Assembly (NCBI GenBank): GCA_965228735.1
Contig: OZ245838.1
Location: 1,344,001-1,408,000 of the forward strand
DNA length: 64,000 bases
Source of the DNA: Planctomycetota bacterium
Lineage (GTDB): Bacteria; Planctomycetota; UBA1135; UBA2386
Direction: 5' to 3'
The translations under genes and the position numbers were made by a program. Shown here in pieces: positions 19,299 through 29,199 of the stretch; position 1 is the first letter of the stretch; each line of letters starts with the position of its first letter. The notes beneath the pieces were generated by a model. That model did not search any database. It saw nothing but the letters and a program-made list of their open reading frames with translations, and was not told the DNA's origin.

Positions 19299-20327
19299 TC
19301 ACCGCACCATCGACCGCACCCCCGCGCTGAACGCGACGCCGGCGGGCGCGAGCGGGTCGAGCACGAGCGCCTGGGCGTAGATGTCGAGCAGCGTGATGCC
19401 GGGCGGGATCGCGATCGGCATCGTGGCGAAGCCGACTCCCGGTTGCTGCTGACCCGGCAGCGCAACGACCAAGGTCGTGAGCGGCGAGACGAGCAAGGTG
19501 CCGCCGAGGATCGGGGTGTTGTCCGGCGCGAAACCGACGGCGAGCGCGGCCAACGAACCACCCAGGGCGCGCGAGAGCCGCAGGCTCATCGTGAATCCGG
19601 CCTCGGGGCAACACAGACCATCCAGATCGGGCGTGAGGCCGCCGCTGCCGGCGACGCCGTTGCCGTAGGAGCTGTGACCGCCCGGGCAGGTCGAAGGCCC
19701 CGGCGTCACCGTGAGCCGGATGTAGTCGACGATCGTGTCATCGCCGACGAACACGTCGAGGAAGCCGCGCTGTTCGAGTTCGGGCAACACATTGCAGGTT
19801 CCGCCATCAGCGAGCGGCAGCCGTTCGAGGTCGAGCGTCAACGTCGCCGTCTGGTTGAAGGTCCAGCCCCCGAGCAACCCGTTCGGTTCCGCGAAGAACA
19901 CGCAACCGCTGCTGGTGAGCGGACCGAACGTCCGGCGGTAGACGACGGCATCGGCCAGCTCCACGGTCGTCGCATCCGCGAACATCAGCAGGATCCCGTC
20001 CGTCTGCGGGTTCCCGGTCGCCGAGGCCCGCATGGGAATCTCGAGGCGGGCCGCCGCGATACTCGACGGCAGTCCCGTGAAGGTGTGCGCCACGGAGGTG
20101 TTGTTGGCGCCCCCACAGAACCCGGCGCCGACGTCGAACCCCTGCAGGCCAACCCCGACCGAGCCGCACTGCAGCGTGGCGACGGCGGCCGGGCTCGGCG
20201 ATGCAGGGTCCGGCGGACACGCGAAGTTGTCCGCGTTGCCGGCCATGAAGATCTGGCCGGGAACCGGGGATGCGACGGCGAGCACAAACAGCAGGCCGAC
20301 CGCACGACGCGTGACGTCGAGAAGCAT
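19299..20327 (-). CDS. Secreted protein, beta-sandwich-like passenger plus shared C-terminal domain
   Basis: Signal peptide ending PVPG-Q; SYGNGVAGSGGLTPDL...IYAQALVLDP..FSAG. Confidence 0.8.
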   Translation of the reverse strand: MLLDVTRRAVGLLFVLAVASPVPGQIFMAGNADNFACPPDPASPSPAAVATLQCGSVGVGLQGFDVGAGFCGGANNTSVAHTFTGLPSSIAAARLEIPMRASATGNPQTDGILLMFADATTVELADAVVYRRTFGPLTSSGCVFFAEPNGLLGGWTFNQTATLTLDLERLPLADGGTCNVLPELEQRGFLDVFVGDDTIVDYIRLTVTPGPSTCPGGHSSYGNGVAGSGGLTPDLDGLCCPEAGFTMSLRLSRALGGSLAALAVGFAPDNTPILGGTLLVSPLTTLVVALPGQQQPGVGFATMPIAIPPGITLLDIYAQALVLDPLAPAGVAFSAGVRSMVR

Positions 20328-20487
20328 GGTCCTGCAGTGTCCGCCCGCCCACGGATCGGACCGATCCCTACCCGATATTTCGAACGCTGCCATACCGACG
20401 GAACCGGGGCGCCGACTCGAGTCGAGCCCCGAGGACCGTCGACTCCTGCAACAGCCGGCCACCGAGGGCCCGTGAAGGGCGCACGGC

Positions 20488-21864
20488 CTACCGCACGTTC
20501 ATCTCGGCCGCGTTCGACGTCGCCCCCGGCAACGGCCGCGTGACCGCCGGGTCGATCGACAGCGCCTGCAGGAAGATCACGAGGCCGCTGAGCGACGGGT
20601 TCGCCGGGATCGGCAGCGACCAGCTGGCCGTGCCGGACGGGTGCGTCACGAGCACGGACACGGCCGTCGACGTGTAGCCGCGGCAGCCCGTGAGACCGAT
20701 GCCGGTCAGATCGATCGGCAAGGGCGCGCCACCCGACACGGTGTCACTGAAGCCAGCCGTGACGAAGGCGGCGCCGCCGGTGCTCGGCAGGTCCACGATC
20801 GTGACATCCGTCGTCGTGCCAACCGCCGGCATCGCGCCGGGCACGATCCGCGGCGGCAGCAGGTTGCTGCCGTCACAGCCCGTGCCGAACGTGCGATACG
20901 TCGCCGCGTTGCCGCCGAGCTCCCAGGTGTCGCCGATCGCGCCCGCGCCGTCGAAGCCACCGAAGACGACGGTCTGACCCCGAACGAGGTCGTACGCCAT
21001 CGCCATCGCCGAGTTGCCCTGCGGGCGAGCGGCGGTCACCAGCTGCCGCCACCCGCGGCCGTCGTACTCCCAGGTCTCGTCGAGATCGGCCACGCCATCC
21101 GAACCACCGAACAGCACGCAACGCGCGCGCTGCACGTCGAACACCATGAACGAGTCGGTCCGCGGCGACGGGGCGCCATCGGTCGTGACCTGCCTCCAGC
21201 TGCCGCCGTCGTACTCCCAGGTCTCCCCGAGCAACGCCGGCTCGCGCCCGCCGAACAGCACGGTCGTGGCGCGCGCGGCGTCGTAGGCCATCGAATGCCC
21301 CTCGCGCGGCCCCGGCGCCGTGGCGGGCGACACCTGGGTCCAGTCGATGCCGTCGTACTCCCAGGTGTCCCCCAAGAAGTTGGCCTGGTCGCTGCCGCCG
21401 AACAGCACGATCACGTTGCGCGCGCTGTCGAACGTCATCGCACTGAGCAGCCGCGCGCTCGGCGCGTTCGCCGGCTGGCGATTGCTCCAGTCCGTGCCGT
21501 CCCACTCCCAGGTCTCCCCGAGCAGGTTGAAGTTGAAGTCCCAGCCACCGAACATCACGGTCCGTGCCCGCACGCTGTCATAGGCCATGACGTGACTGTC
21601 ACGCTCGGTCGGCACGGTCGCCGGCGAGCGCAAGAACCAGTTGGTGCCGTCGTATTCCCAGGTGTCCTGGAACACGATCGACCCGGTCGGCGCGTTCCAG
21701 CCGCCGAACACGACGGTCCGGGCGCGAGCCACGTCGAACGCCGAGCGCGGGAACGTGGCGCCCGCGGGGCTCGCAGCGGGGTTGGGCTGCACCCAGTTCT
21801 GGGCGTCGAGCGCGTTGATGATCAGGGAAGCAGAGCAGGCGAGATAGGTGGCGGCGTGCCGCAT
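20488..21864 (-). CDS. Secreted Kelch-repeat propeller with shared C-terminal domain
   Basis: Six repeats YD..RA.TVLFGG..ETWEYDG..W; FGTGC...GC...LQALSIDP..SNA. Confidence 0.92.
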   Translation of the reverse strand: MRHAATYLACSASLIINALDAQNWVQPNPAASPAGATFPRSAFDVARARTVVFGGWNAPTGSIVFQDTWEYDGTNWFLRSPATVPTERDSHVMAYDSVRARTVMFGGWDFNFNLLGETWEWDGTDWSNRQPANAPSARLLSAMTFDSARNVIVLFGGSDQANFLGDTWEYDGIDWTQVSPATAPGPREGHSMAYDAARATTVLFGGREPALLGETWEYDGGSWRQVTTDGAPSPRTDSFMVFDVQRARCVLFGGSDGVADLDETWEYDGRGWRQLVTAARPQGNSAMAMAYDLVRGQTVVFGGFDGAGAIGDTWELGGNAATYRTFGTGCDGSNLLPPRIVPGAMPAVGTTTDVTIVDLPSTGGAAFVTAGFSDTVSGGAPLPIDLTGIGLTGCRGYTSTAVSVLVTHPSGTASWSLPIPANPSLSGLVIFLQALSIDPAVTRPLPGATSNAAEMNVR

Positions 21865-22194
21865 GTGGTCTCCGAAGTGCAAAGGGTTGTCAGGCGACCG
21901 CGCACCTCTAGTCCGCGACCCGGACCCGGGAACACGGAAGTCGCCGCGCACAGTGGTGAAAAAGGCCCTGGTTCGGCCCACGACGCCGGCGCGGCGGCGC
22001 GGCTGTTCTCCCGCCCCGGACGGCCCGTACCAGTCCCCGGAATTCTTACACCTCGCGCCCGGTTCTGGCCGACGCAGGAAGCGGGGAACGCCGGGCCCGC
22101 AGCCCATGGAAGAAGTTGCAGAACGACGCCCGTTCCACTTCGATCTCGGCGCCCTGGAGGAATTCCACGCACCGCATCTGCCAGCCCGAACGAC

Positions 22195-23754
22195 ATGATC
22201 CACCTCGTCCATCAGTGGTTCTCGCGCGCTGCAGCCCTGACCCCCGACAAGCTGGCGGTCTGCTGTCAGGACGACGCGTTGACCTTCCGGGACGTCGACG
22301 AGTTCACCAACGGCCTCGCACGCGAGCTGCAGCGCCAGGGCGTCGAGCGCGGCAGCCTGGTGCCGTTCTTCATGCAGAAGGGGGTGCGGTCGATCCTCTC
22401 GATCCTCGCCATCCTCAAGGCCGACGCCGCATACGTCCCGGTCGACGCGGCCTCACCGGCGCAGCGGCTGCGCTCGATCCTCGAGGCCGCGGGCGGCCGG
22501 GTCGTGATCGTCGACGCCGACAGTCGAGAAGACTTCCTGCGACTCATGGACGAGGCGGACTATCCGCAGGACCGGCGACCGCGAGTCCTGAACATCTCCG
22601 ACTACCCGACGGACGGGTTCGCCGCGAACGACCGCACGGCACTCGACCACCGCAACCTGTCCATCGACATCGCCTACGTCCTGTTCACGTCGGGCTCCAC
22701 GGGAACCCCCAAGGGGGTGATGATCCCGCACCGCGCGATCATCGACTACATCGACTGGTGCGTCGATGAGTACGCGCTCACGGAGAGCGACGTGATCGCG
22801 AATCACGCCCCGCTCTACTTCGACAACTCGACGTTCGACCTCTACACGGCGTTCCGGACCGGCGCGACCCTGCACCTCGTGCACGAGGAGCTCAACGCCA
22901 TCATCCCCGCGCTCGTGCCGTGGATCCGCGATCGCGGCATCACGACGTTCTTCTGCGTGCCATCGGTGATGCGCATGCTGCTGCGGTCGCGGCGCCTGAA
23001 ACCCGACTCGTTCCCGGCGCTCCGTCACGTCATCGCCGCGGGCGAAGTGCTGCCGCCGGACGTCGTGGCGTCCTGGATGGACATCTACCCGCACATCCAG
23101 TTCACCAACATGTACGGGCCCACCGAGATCACGGTGGACTGCAGCTTCCACGTGATCCACGAGCGCCCGGACCCGACCGTGCCGGTGCCCATCGGGAAGG
23201 CGCGCCAGAACATGGAGCTGTTCGTTCGACTCCAGGATGGCACGCTGACCCAGGAAGCGGGAACGGAAGGCGAGCTGCTCGTGCGCGGAACGTCCGTCGC
23301 CTACGGCTATCTCGGCGATGCCGAGCGAACCGACAAGGTGTTCATCCAGAACCCGGAGAACCCACGGTTCCACGACCCCCTCTACTGCACCGGCGACCTC
23401 GTCCGGCTCGAGGAGCACGGCGTGTTCCAGTTCCTCGGCCGGGCCGACGACCAGGTCAAGTTCATGGGCTATCGCATCGAGCTCGGCGAGATCGAAGCGG
23501 CGCTGAGCGGTCTCGACGGCGTCGACGAGGGCGTCGTCGTGTTCCGGAGCGAAGAACCGCGAGAGATCGGCGCGCTCGTCGTCCTGACCGATGGCGTCGC
23601 CATCGAGCAGGTGCGCGAGCAGCTGCAGAGCAAGCTCCCGTCCTACATGGTGCCGACCGCCCTGGTCGAGCATCGCGGCGAGGTCCCGAGCACGCCGAAC
23701 GGCAAGTACGACCGCAAGGCGGCGACCAGGATCGTGTTCGGGCAACCGGCCTGA
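22195..23754 (+). CDS. Stand-alone amino acid adenylation enzyme (DltA-like)
   Basis: YVLFTSGSTGTPKG, FDNS, NMYGPTE, YCTGD, GRADDQVK..GYRIELGEIE, NGKYDRK; the 20641 ORF extension is spurious. Confidence 0.92.
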   Translation: MIHLVHQWFSRAAALTPDKLAVCCQDDALTFRDVDEFTNGLARELQRQGVERGSLVPFFMQKGVRSILSILAILKADAAYVPVDAASPAQRLRSILEAAGGRVVIVDADSREDFLRLMDEADYPQDRRPRVLNISDYPTDGFAANDRTALDHRNLSIDIAYVLFTSGSTGTPKGVMIPHRAIIDYIDWCVDEYALTESDVIANHAPLYFDNSTFDLYTAFRTGATLHLVHEELNAIIPALVPWIRDRGITTFFCVPSVMRMLLRSRRLKPDSFPALRHVIAAGEVLPPDVVASWMDIYPHIQFTNMYGPTEITVDCSFHVIHERPDPTVPVPIGKARQNMELFVRLQDGTLTQEAGTEGELLVRGTSVAYGYLGDAERTDKVFIQNPENPRFHDPLYCTGDLVRLEEHGVFQFLGRADDQVKFMGYRIELGEIEAALSGLDGVDEGVVVFRSEEPREIGALVVLTDGVAIEQVREQLQSKLPSYMVPTALVEHRGEVPSTPNGKYDRKAATRIVFGQPA

Positions 23755-23875
23755 GTCGTTCGCGCCGGGGCCTCGCGCTCTGGCCTTCGCGCCGTGGCCT
23801 TCACGCCGTGGCCGCGGCGCACGGAACCGTAGCGCCCCCGTGTCCACCGACGCTCGACCCGCCTACGATGGCGCG

Positions 23876-23995
23876 ATGTCGAGGATGCCCGCCGCCCTCT
23901 TCGTCTGGTGCGCCGCGACGTCGCTCGTGGCTGCGGCCCCGGGTCCGCACTACGCCGCGATCGGCAACGCGCTCGTGGTGCGCATCGGCGACTGA
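23876..23995 (+). pseudogene. 39-aa micro-ORF: signal peptide joined to the last strand of the shared C-terminal domain
   Basis: MSRMPAALFVWCAATSLVAAAPGPHYAAIGNALVVRIGD*; TACGAT box 6 nt before the ATG. Confidence 0.4.
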
Positions 23996-24165
23996 GACGG
24001 ACTCCCGCCGTTTTCGCAGCGCCGACACCGCGATCGCTGCGGCTGGTTCGGTCCGGCAAGTGCGCGGGCAGTCGTCTCGCCCGGTCCACGCGTCGTGTTA
24101 TCGTCGGCGGCCGGCGCCGCTACCGCTGCGTTCGCCCATCCCCTGTCCGCGCTCGACCGACGACC

Positions 24166-25584
24166 ATGTCGCACACCACCATCAACCTCGCTGTCATCAC
24201 CATCCTCACGGCCGGCGCCTGCGCCCAGATCGTGCCGTGGACCCAGCAGTCGCCGGCCAGTTCCCCGTCCGTTCGTGAACGCACCTTCACGGCGACGGAC
24301 GGCAACGTCTTCTACATGTATGGCGGCCAAATCGGCGCCTCGACGACGGGCCGCGACGACCTCTGGTCGTGGGACGGCTCGGCGTGGACGCAGCTCTCGA
24401 CCGGCACCGGACCCGGCACCCGCTGCGGCGGCGTCATGGCCTACGATCAGGCGACCGGCAAGCTCGTCCTGTTCTCGGGCAAGGGCACCGGCGGCAACTG
24501 GAACAACTACGACAACCAGACGTGGGAGTGGGATGCCGGCAACGGCTGGGTCCAGATGAGCCCCGGCACGTCGCCGGACCCGCGCTGGCTCATGGGTGAC
24601 TCGGCCGTCTACACCCCGGCCTACGGCGTGCTGTTCCACGGCGGCAAGGCCTGGGACTCGACCGGGACCGCCTACGACTCGAACGAGACCTGGGCCTGGC
24701 TCGGCGGCACCTGGGTCAACCTGCCCACGGCCAACGGGCCCACGGTCTTCAACCACTCGATGGTCTACCGGCCGGCTCCGCACGACGACGTGATCCTGTT
24801 CGGCGGCAAGCTGAACGGCGCTGACAGCGCCGCCACCTACCGCCTCGATCTCAGCACGCTGACCTGGTCGCAGGTGACGACCGCGGTGTCGTACCCCGCG
24901 ACGGGCACGTTCGCCCACCTGTCGTACTACAACCCGATCACCGACAAGGTCGTCGTGCACGGCGGCACCGGCGGCAGCTCGATCAGCGTGACCTACGAGT
25001 TCGACGGCGTCGATTGGACGGACGTCTCGAGCGCCGGCGCACCGTCGTGCCGCAACGGCGGCGCAGAGTGGGTGAACGCGCTCAGTGTGGCCGTCGCGGG
25101 TCCGATGAGCGAGAACAACGGTGCACGCGACCGGGTCTGGCACCATGGCCCGAGCACCTGGGGCACGTTCACGATCATGGGCACGGACTGCCCGTCGAGC
25201 ACGGCGCAGACCGCCACGATCTCGTCGCCGGACATGCCGTCGATCGACGCGACGCTCGACCTCGACTTCGACAACCTGACGGCCGGCACGTTGACGTTCG
25301 GTGTGCTGGGCTTCTCGGACACGATGCTCGGCGGCGCCGCCCTGCCGATCCCACTCGCGCAATTCCTGCCGGGCACCGATCCGGCCTGCAGCGTGCAGGT
25401 GAGCAACGACGTCAGCCTGTTCCTCGCGACCGCGGGCACGAGCACGACCCTCGCGCTGTCGTTCCCGAACAACCCGGTCCTCGTCGGCACCCGATTCTTC
25501 GCGCAGGGCGTGCAGATCGAGCTCGGCGCCCCGATCACCGCGGCGAACACGAAGTACGCCGAGATCGTCCTCGGGGAGCTGTAG
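24166..25584 (+). CDS. Secreted Kelch-repeat propeller with shared C-terminal domain
   Basis: Signal peptide ending GACA-Q; YGG/FHGG/FGG..W blades; MGTDC...GFSDT..LPIPL..C...FFAQG. Confidence 0.9.
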   Translation: MSHTTINLAVITILTAGACAQIVPWTQQSPASSPSVRERTFTATDGNVFYMYGGQIGASTTGRDDLWSWDGSAWTQLSTGTGPGTRCGGVMAYDQATGKLVLFSGKGTGGNWNNYDNQTWEWDAGNGWVQMSPGTSPDPRWLMGDSAVYTPAYGVLFHGGKAWDSTGTAYDSNETWAWLGGTWVNLPTANGPTVFNHSMVYRPAPHDDVILFGGKLNGADSAATYRLDLSTLTWSQVTTAVSYPATGTFAHLSYYNPITDKVVVHGGTGGSSISVTYEFDGVDWTDVSSAGAPSCRNGGAEWVNALSVAVAGPMSENNGARDRVWHHGPSTWGTFTIMGTDCPSSTAQTATISSPDMPSIDATLDLDFDNLTAGTLTFGVLGFSDTMLGGAALPIPLAQFLPGTDPACSVQVSNDVSLFLATAGTSTTLALSFPNNPVLVGTRFFAQGVQIELGAPITAANTKYAEIVLGEL

Positions 25585-25728
25585 CCCGCTTCGCCAACCG
25601 GCGGGGTTTTCGGGCGGTGTCTTCGCGCATCCCGAGTTCGCCCGCCGCGTCGCGGCGCAGCGCTGACCCGGACCGATCGGCGTTCCGCGGGTAGACTACC
25701 GGGGCTGCCGCCCCACGACTTCTCGCCA

Positions 25729-27258
25729 ATGCACTCTCGCCACCTCCCTCGGTTCGCGCTCGTCGCGGGCGTCGCCGCGTTCCTGGCCGTTCCGGTCGTT
25801 CGGGCGCAGGTTCAACCGATCCCGGTCCTCACGCGCTCCGTCACGCTCGACTCGGGCTACGTCCAAAACCCCACGAGCACGACCGCGATCGTGTTCCGCC
25901 AGGACCTCGTGGTCCCGGACGCCCTCTGGCTGCGGCTGCGGTTCGGCACCACGAATCTGCCCGCGGGCGGTCGGTTGCGGCTCACCTCGCTGCACGACGG
26001 CGCGGTCCAGTGGTTCGACGCCGGCAGTCTGCGTGACTACGGCAACGGCTCGGCCTACTTCAACGGCGCGGGGGTCACGATCGAACTGTTCGCCGCCGGG
26101 GGCAGCACCGGCAATCGCGTCGCGGTGACCGCGGTCGAGCTCGAGTCGCGCGACACCCCACGCGTCGATTCGATCTGCGGCAACACCGACGACCGGGTGC
26201 TCGCGACCGACCCGCGCATCGGGCGCGCCGTCACCGGCGCCTCGGCCTGCACGTGGTGGCTCATCAGCGAATGCGTGATCGTCACGGCCGGCCACTGCGC
26301 GGACAACGCGACGACGCCGACGATCATCGGGTTCAACCTGCCGCTGTCGACGACGGGCGGGACGATGGTCCATCCGCCGCCGGACGACCAGTACCCGGCG
26401 ATCGTGCCGACACTGCAGTTCCAGGATGCGGGCATCGGCCGCGACTGGGCCGTCATGCGCATGGGGCGCAACAGCAACCATGGCGAGTACCCCGGTGAGC
26501 GCCAGGGGGCGTGGTTCGAGCTCGGCCCGGTGCCGAATGGCATCGCTGGCGTCGACATCCGGATCACGGGCAACGGGCGGGTCTCGGCGCCGGTATCGCT
26601 GACGTGGAACTCCGTGACGAAGACCCACGTCGGACCGCGGGTCACCACGGGCACCGCCGATGCGCTGCGGTACGCGACCGACACGACCGGCGGCAACTCC
26701 GGTTCACCCGTCATCCACGAACAGACCGGGCGTGCCATCGGCGTGCACACGCACGGCGGGTGCAACTCGTCGGGCGGCGGCAACTACGGCACGCGAATCG
26801 ACAAACCGGCGTTCGCCGCGGCAGTCAACAGCGCACTCGCGCTCGCGTGCGGCACGTTCGCGTCGTTCGGCCAGGGCTGCGGCGGCGCGCTCGGGCCGCC
26901 GGACCTGTCGATGAGCGGCCTGCCCGACATCGGCACGACGGCCAACGTCGACCTCGGCAACCTGCCGGCGCAGCAGTTCGGGCTCGTCGCCTACGGCTTC
27001 TCCGACACGGTCTACCAGGGCACGACGTTGCCGTTCGATCTCGGCGCCGCCGGGCTCCCGGGCTGCACGCTCTACGCCGCGCCGGACCTCAGCGTCTTCG
27101 TGCCGACCGCGAACGGCAGCACCAGCTACCCGCTCGTGATCCCCAACGCGCCCGCGTTCGTCGGCGTCGACCTGTTCGTCCAGTATTTCGTCACCGATCC
27201 GACGTCCGCCGGCGGCGCCGCCGTTTCGAACGCGGCGCGGATCCACATCGGCGCGTGA
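25729..27258 (+). CDS. Secreted trypsin-like (S1) serine protease with shared C-terminal domain
   Basis: TAGHC (His), RDWAV (Asp), GGNSGSP (Ser); FGQGC...PGC...VQYFVTDP..SNA. Confidence 0.92.
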   Translation: MHSRHLPRFALVAGVAAFLAVPVVRAQVQPIPVLTRSVTLDSGYVQNPTSTTAIVFRQDLVVPDALWLRLRFGTTNLPAGGRLRLTSLHDGAVQWFDAGSLRDYGNGSAYFNGAGVTIELFAAGGSTGNRVAVTAVELESRDTPRVDSICGNTDDRVLATDPRIGRAVTGASACTWWLISECVIVTAGHCADNATTPTIIGFNLPLSTTGGTMVHPPPDDQYPAIVPTLQFQDAGIGRDWAVMRMGRNSNHGEYPGERQGAWFELGPVPNGIAGVDIRITGNGRVSAPVSLTWNSVTKTHVGPRVTTGTADALRYATDTTGGNSGSPVIHEQTGRAIGVHTHGGCNSSGGGNYGTRIDKPAFAAAVNSALALACGTFASFGQGCGGALGPPDLSMSGLPDIGTTANVDLGNLPAQQFGLVAYGFSDTVYQGTTLPFDLGAAGLPGCTLYAAPDLSVFVPTANGSTSYPLVIPNAPAFVGVDLFVQYFVTDPTSAGGAAVSNAARIHIGA

Positions 27259-27351
27259 GCGCGCACTTCGCGCCGGCATTCGCGGTCCGCCTGGACGACC
27301 CCAGGCGGCCAGGTACAGTGACGGATCCCACCACTCCCTGGAGGATCCGCC

Positions 27352-28308
27352 ATGCTTCGCACCGTCGCTCTGTCTGCTCTTCTCGCCGCCACCGTTCCGG
27401 CCCAGTCCCCACCGTGCCTGGCCGAGAACGACCAGACCACCAGCGCGAGCAACGCGATCACCGCGTTCGGGTTCGGCGGTCAGAACTCCTTCGCGTGGCA
27501 GATCACGCCGACGAGCACGCTCGTCGTGCTGGCTGCGCGCGTGTTCACGGAGAACACGACGCTGACCGGTGACCGGTTCATGGCGGTCGAGATCTGGGAC
27601 GACCAGAACGCGGCGCCGGGAACGCGGCTCGCGGGCGGCGGATGGCGCATCGACAACAACCGCCCGGAGTCGTGGCAAGGCGCCAACCTCGATCAGCCCA
27701 TCGTGCTGACGCAGGGCGTGCCGGTGTGGCTGGTCTGGGTCGAGCCCGGGTTCAGTCAACCGATGACCGAGCCCGGCGGCGCCACGCAGTTGCCGCACCA
27801 GACGCGTTCGGGCACCGGCGCGTGGACACCCCGCTCGGCGTCCGCGCCGAAGTTCCGCCTGTTCTGCAACTACCTCGACGACGTCAACTCGGCGCCGGCC
27901 GGCTCCGGCTGTCCCCTGTCGACCAACCGGATTCCGACGGCCTACACCAACGAAGCGCCGCAGATCGGCAACGGCGACTTCCTCTTCGAATCGAGCGGCA
28001 CCCCGGCCGGCGGCGCGGTCTTCGCGGTCATCGGCGTCAACCCGAACTTCCCGGCCACGCCCGTCCTCGGCCTGCCCGCCGGTTGCGACCAGCTGACCGA
28101 CGCGGTCGCGTCGCTGTTGCTGTTCGCGGGCAACGGTGACACGCGTGGTCCCGACTTCGCGGGCCACGCGGAGCTCGATTTCCCGATCCCGAACAACCCG
28201 GGGCTCGTGGGCGCATTCTTCGCGGTGCAGTTCGCGCCGATCGATCCCGGCGCGACCGCGCCCCTGCCGTTCGGCACGAGCAACGCGCATCGCATCACGC
28301 TCTTCTGA
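27352..28308 (+). CDS. Secreted protein with shared C-terminal domain
   Basis: GGAGG RBS; signal peptide ending VPA-Q; AGSGC...AGC...VQFAPIDP..SNA. Confidence 0.85.
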   Translation: MLRTVALSALLAATVPAQSPPCLAENDQTTSASNAITAFGFGGQNSFAWQITPTSTLVVLAARVFTENTTLTGDRFMAVEIWDDQNAAPGTRLAGGGWRIDNNRPESWQGANLDQPIVLTQGVPVWLVWVEPGFSQPMTEPGGATQLPHQTRSGTGAWTPRSASAPKFRLFCNYLDDVNSAPAGSGCPLSTNRIPTAYTNEAPQIGNGDFLFESSGTPAGGAVFAVIGVNPNFPATPVLGLPAGCDQLTDAVASLLLFAGNGDTRGPDFAGHAELDFPIPNNPGLVGAFFAVQFAPIDPGATAPLPFGTSNAHRITLF

Positions 28309-28793
28309 CGTCAACGTCCGGGCCGCGACGCCGTCGGATCGAAGGGCTCGAAGCGGGAGTTCCGGTACACGAACGCGCCGTGCTCGAGGGTGCCGACCCA
28401 CAGTTCCGGCAGCCGAACTCCCACATCCGAGGTCTGCTGCGGGCGAGCCGTGGACGACGAGCACCCTTAGGCCGACGGGAACAAGGGTTGCCACTGCGGC
28501 ACGCCCGCTTCCGCGCCCGCCGCCTCGAGCCGCATACCGACGGTTCTGCTTAAGGCCCGAACGTAGAGAGAGTGGAGCGGCGTCGAACGTGTCGGCGGCG
28601 CGCCGCCCTCACCATGCTGATCGCCGCCGCGCTGCTCGTCTGGTTCGCCCTGGCCTTCGTGTTCGGCTCGGCGCTCGGCCGTCTGCTCAAGCACGCGTCG
28701 CCGCCCGCGCCCGGGCCCTTGGGCTGCAAGCTGTCGGGCCCGGGTTCGTGCTGCACGCAGCGCCGCGTCCGCGACGCGGCGTGAACGTTACGA

Positions 28794-28937
28794 CTACTTG
28801 ACGACCTGCACCTCGAGGCGCTGACTGCCCTCGAAGGCGTTGCCGTCGAACGTCCAGTCCTCGAAGTAGAACGTCACCGGCCCGAGGAACTCCGGCAACG
28901 CGACGTCAGATGGATCGGAGAGTCGGAGAATGGTCAT
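28794..28937 (-). pseudogene. Orphan fragment resembling the end of the shared C-terminal domain
   Basis: FLGPVTFYFEDWTFDGNAFEGSQRLEVQVVK*; coding-like codon use, no upstream domain. Confidence 0.35.
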
Positions 28938-29199
28938 GATTCGGTTCTGGGGCTGAGAATGGATGGCGTCGAGGGACCGCCATTCCGGGCCTCGACGGCG
29001 CGCCCGGGACCGCACCGGTTGTCCTCGGACTCCTCCGGGCGGCCACGCGGACCGGGGTTCGCCGCTGGCCTATCTTTCTGCGGATGAACCTGACATTGCG
29101 GTGACAACGAGGTCTGTACGGCAACCCACGCCTCTCCGATTCAGCGCCCGGCCATCCTCTCCCGGGCGCCGGTTCGCGTTACCCGTTCGCTCCCCGCGC

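Noticed and set aside
20940..21730. Near-periodic DNA repeats as a diversity-generating or array element
   Set aside because: Explained by Kelch blade coding repeats; no reverse transcriptase or template/variable pair seen
20641..22194. Apparent N-terminal half of a 1037-aa NRPS-like protein
   Set aside because: Antisense to the Kelch gene; the real protein starts at MIHLVHQWF (22195) and has no C or T domains, so there is no NRPS cluster
23759..23813. Four degenerate 14-bp intergenic repeats (TTCGCGCCGTGGCC)
   Set aside because: Short, GC-rich and not seen elsewhere; likely slippage
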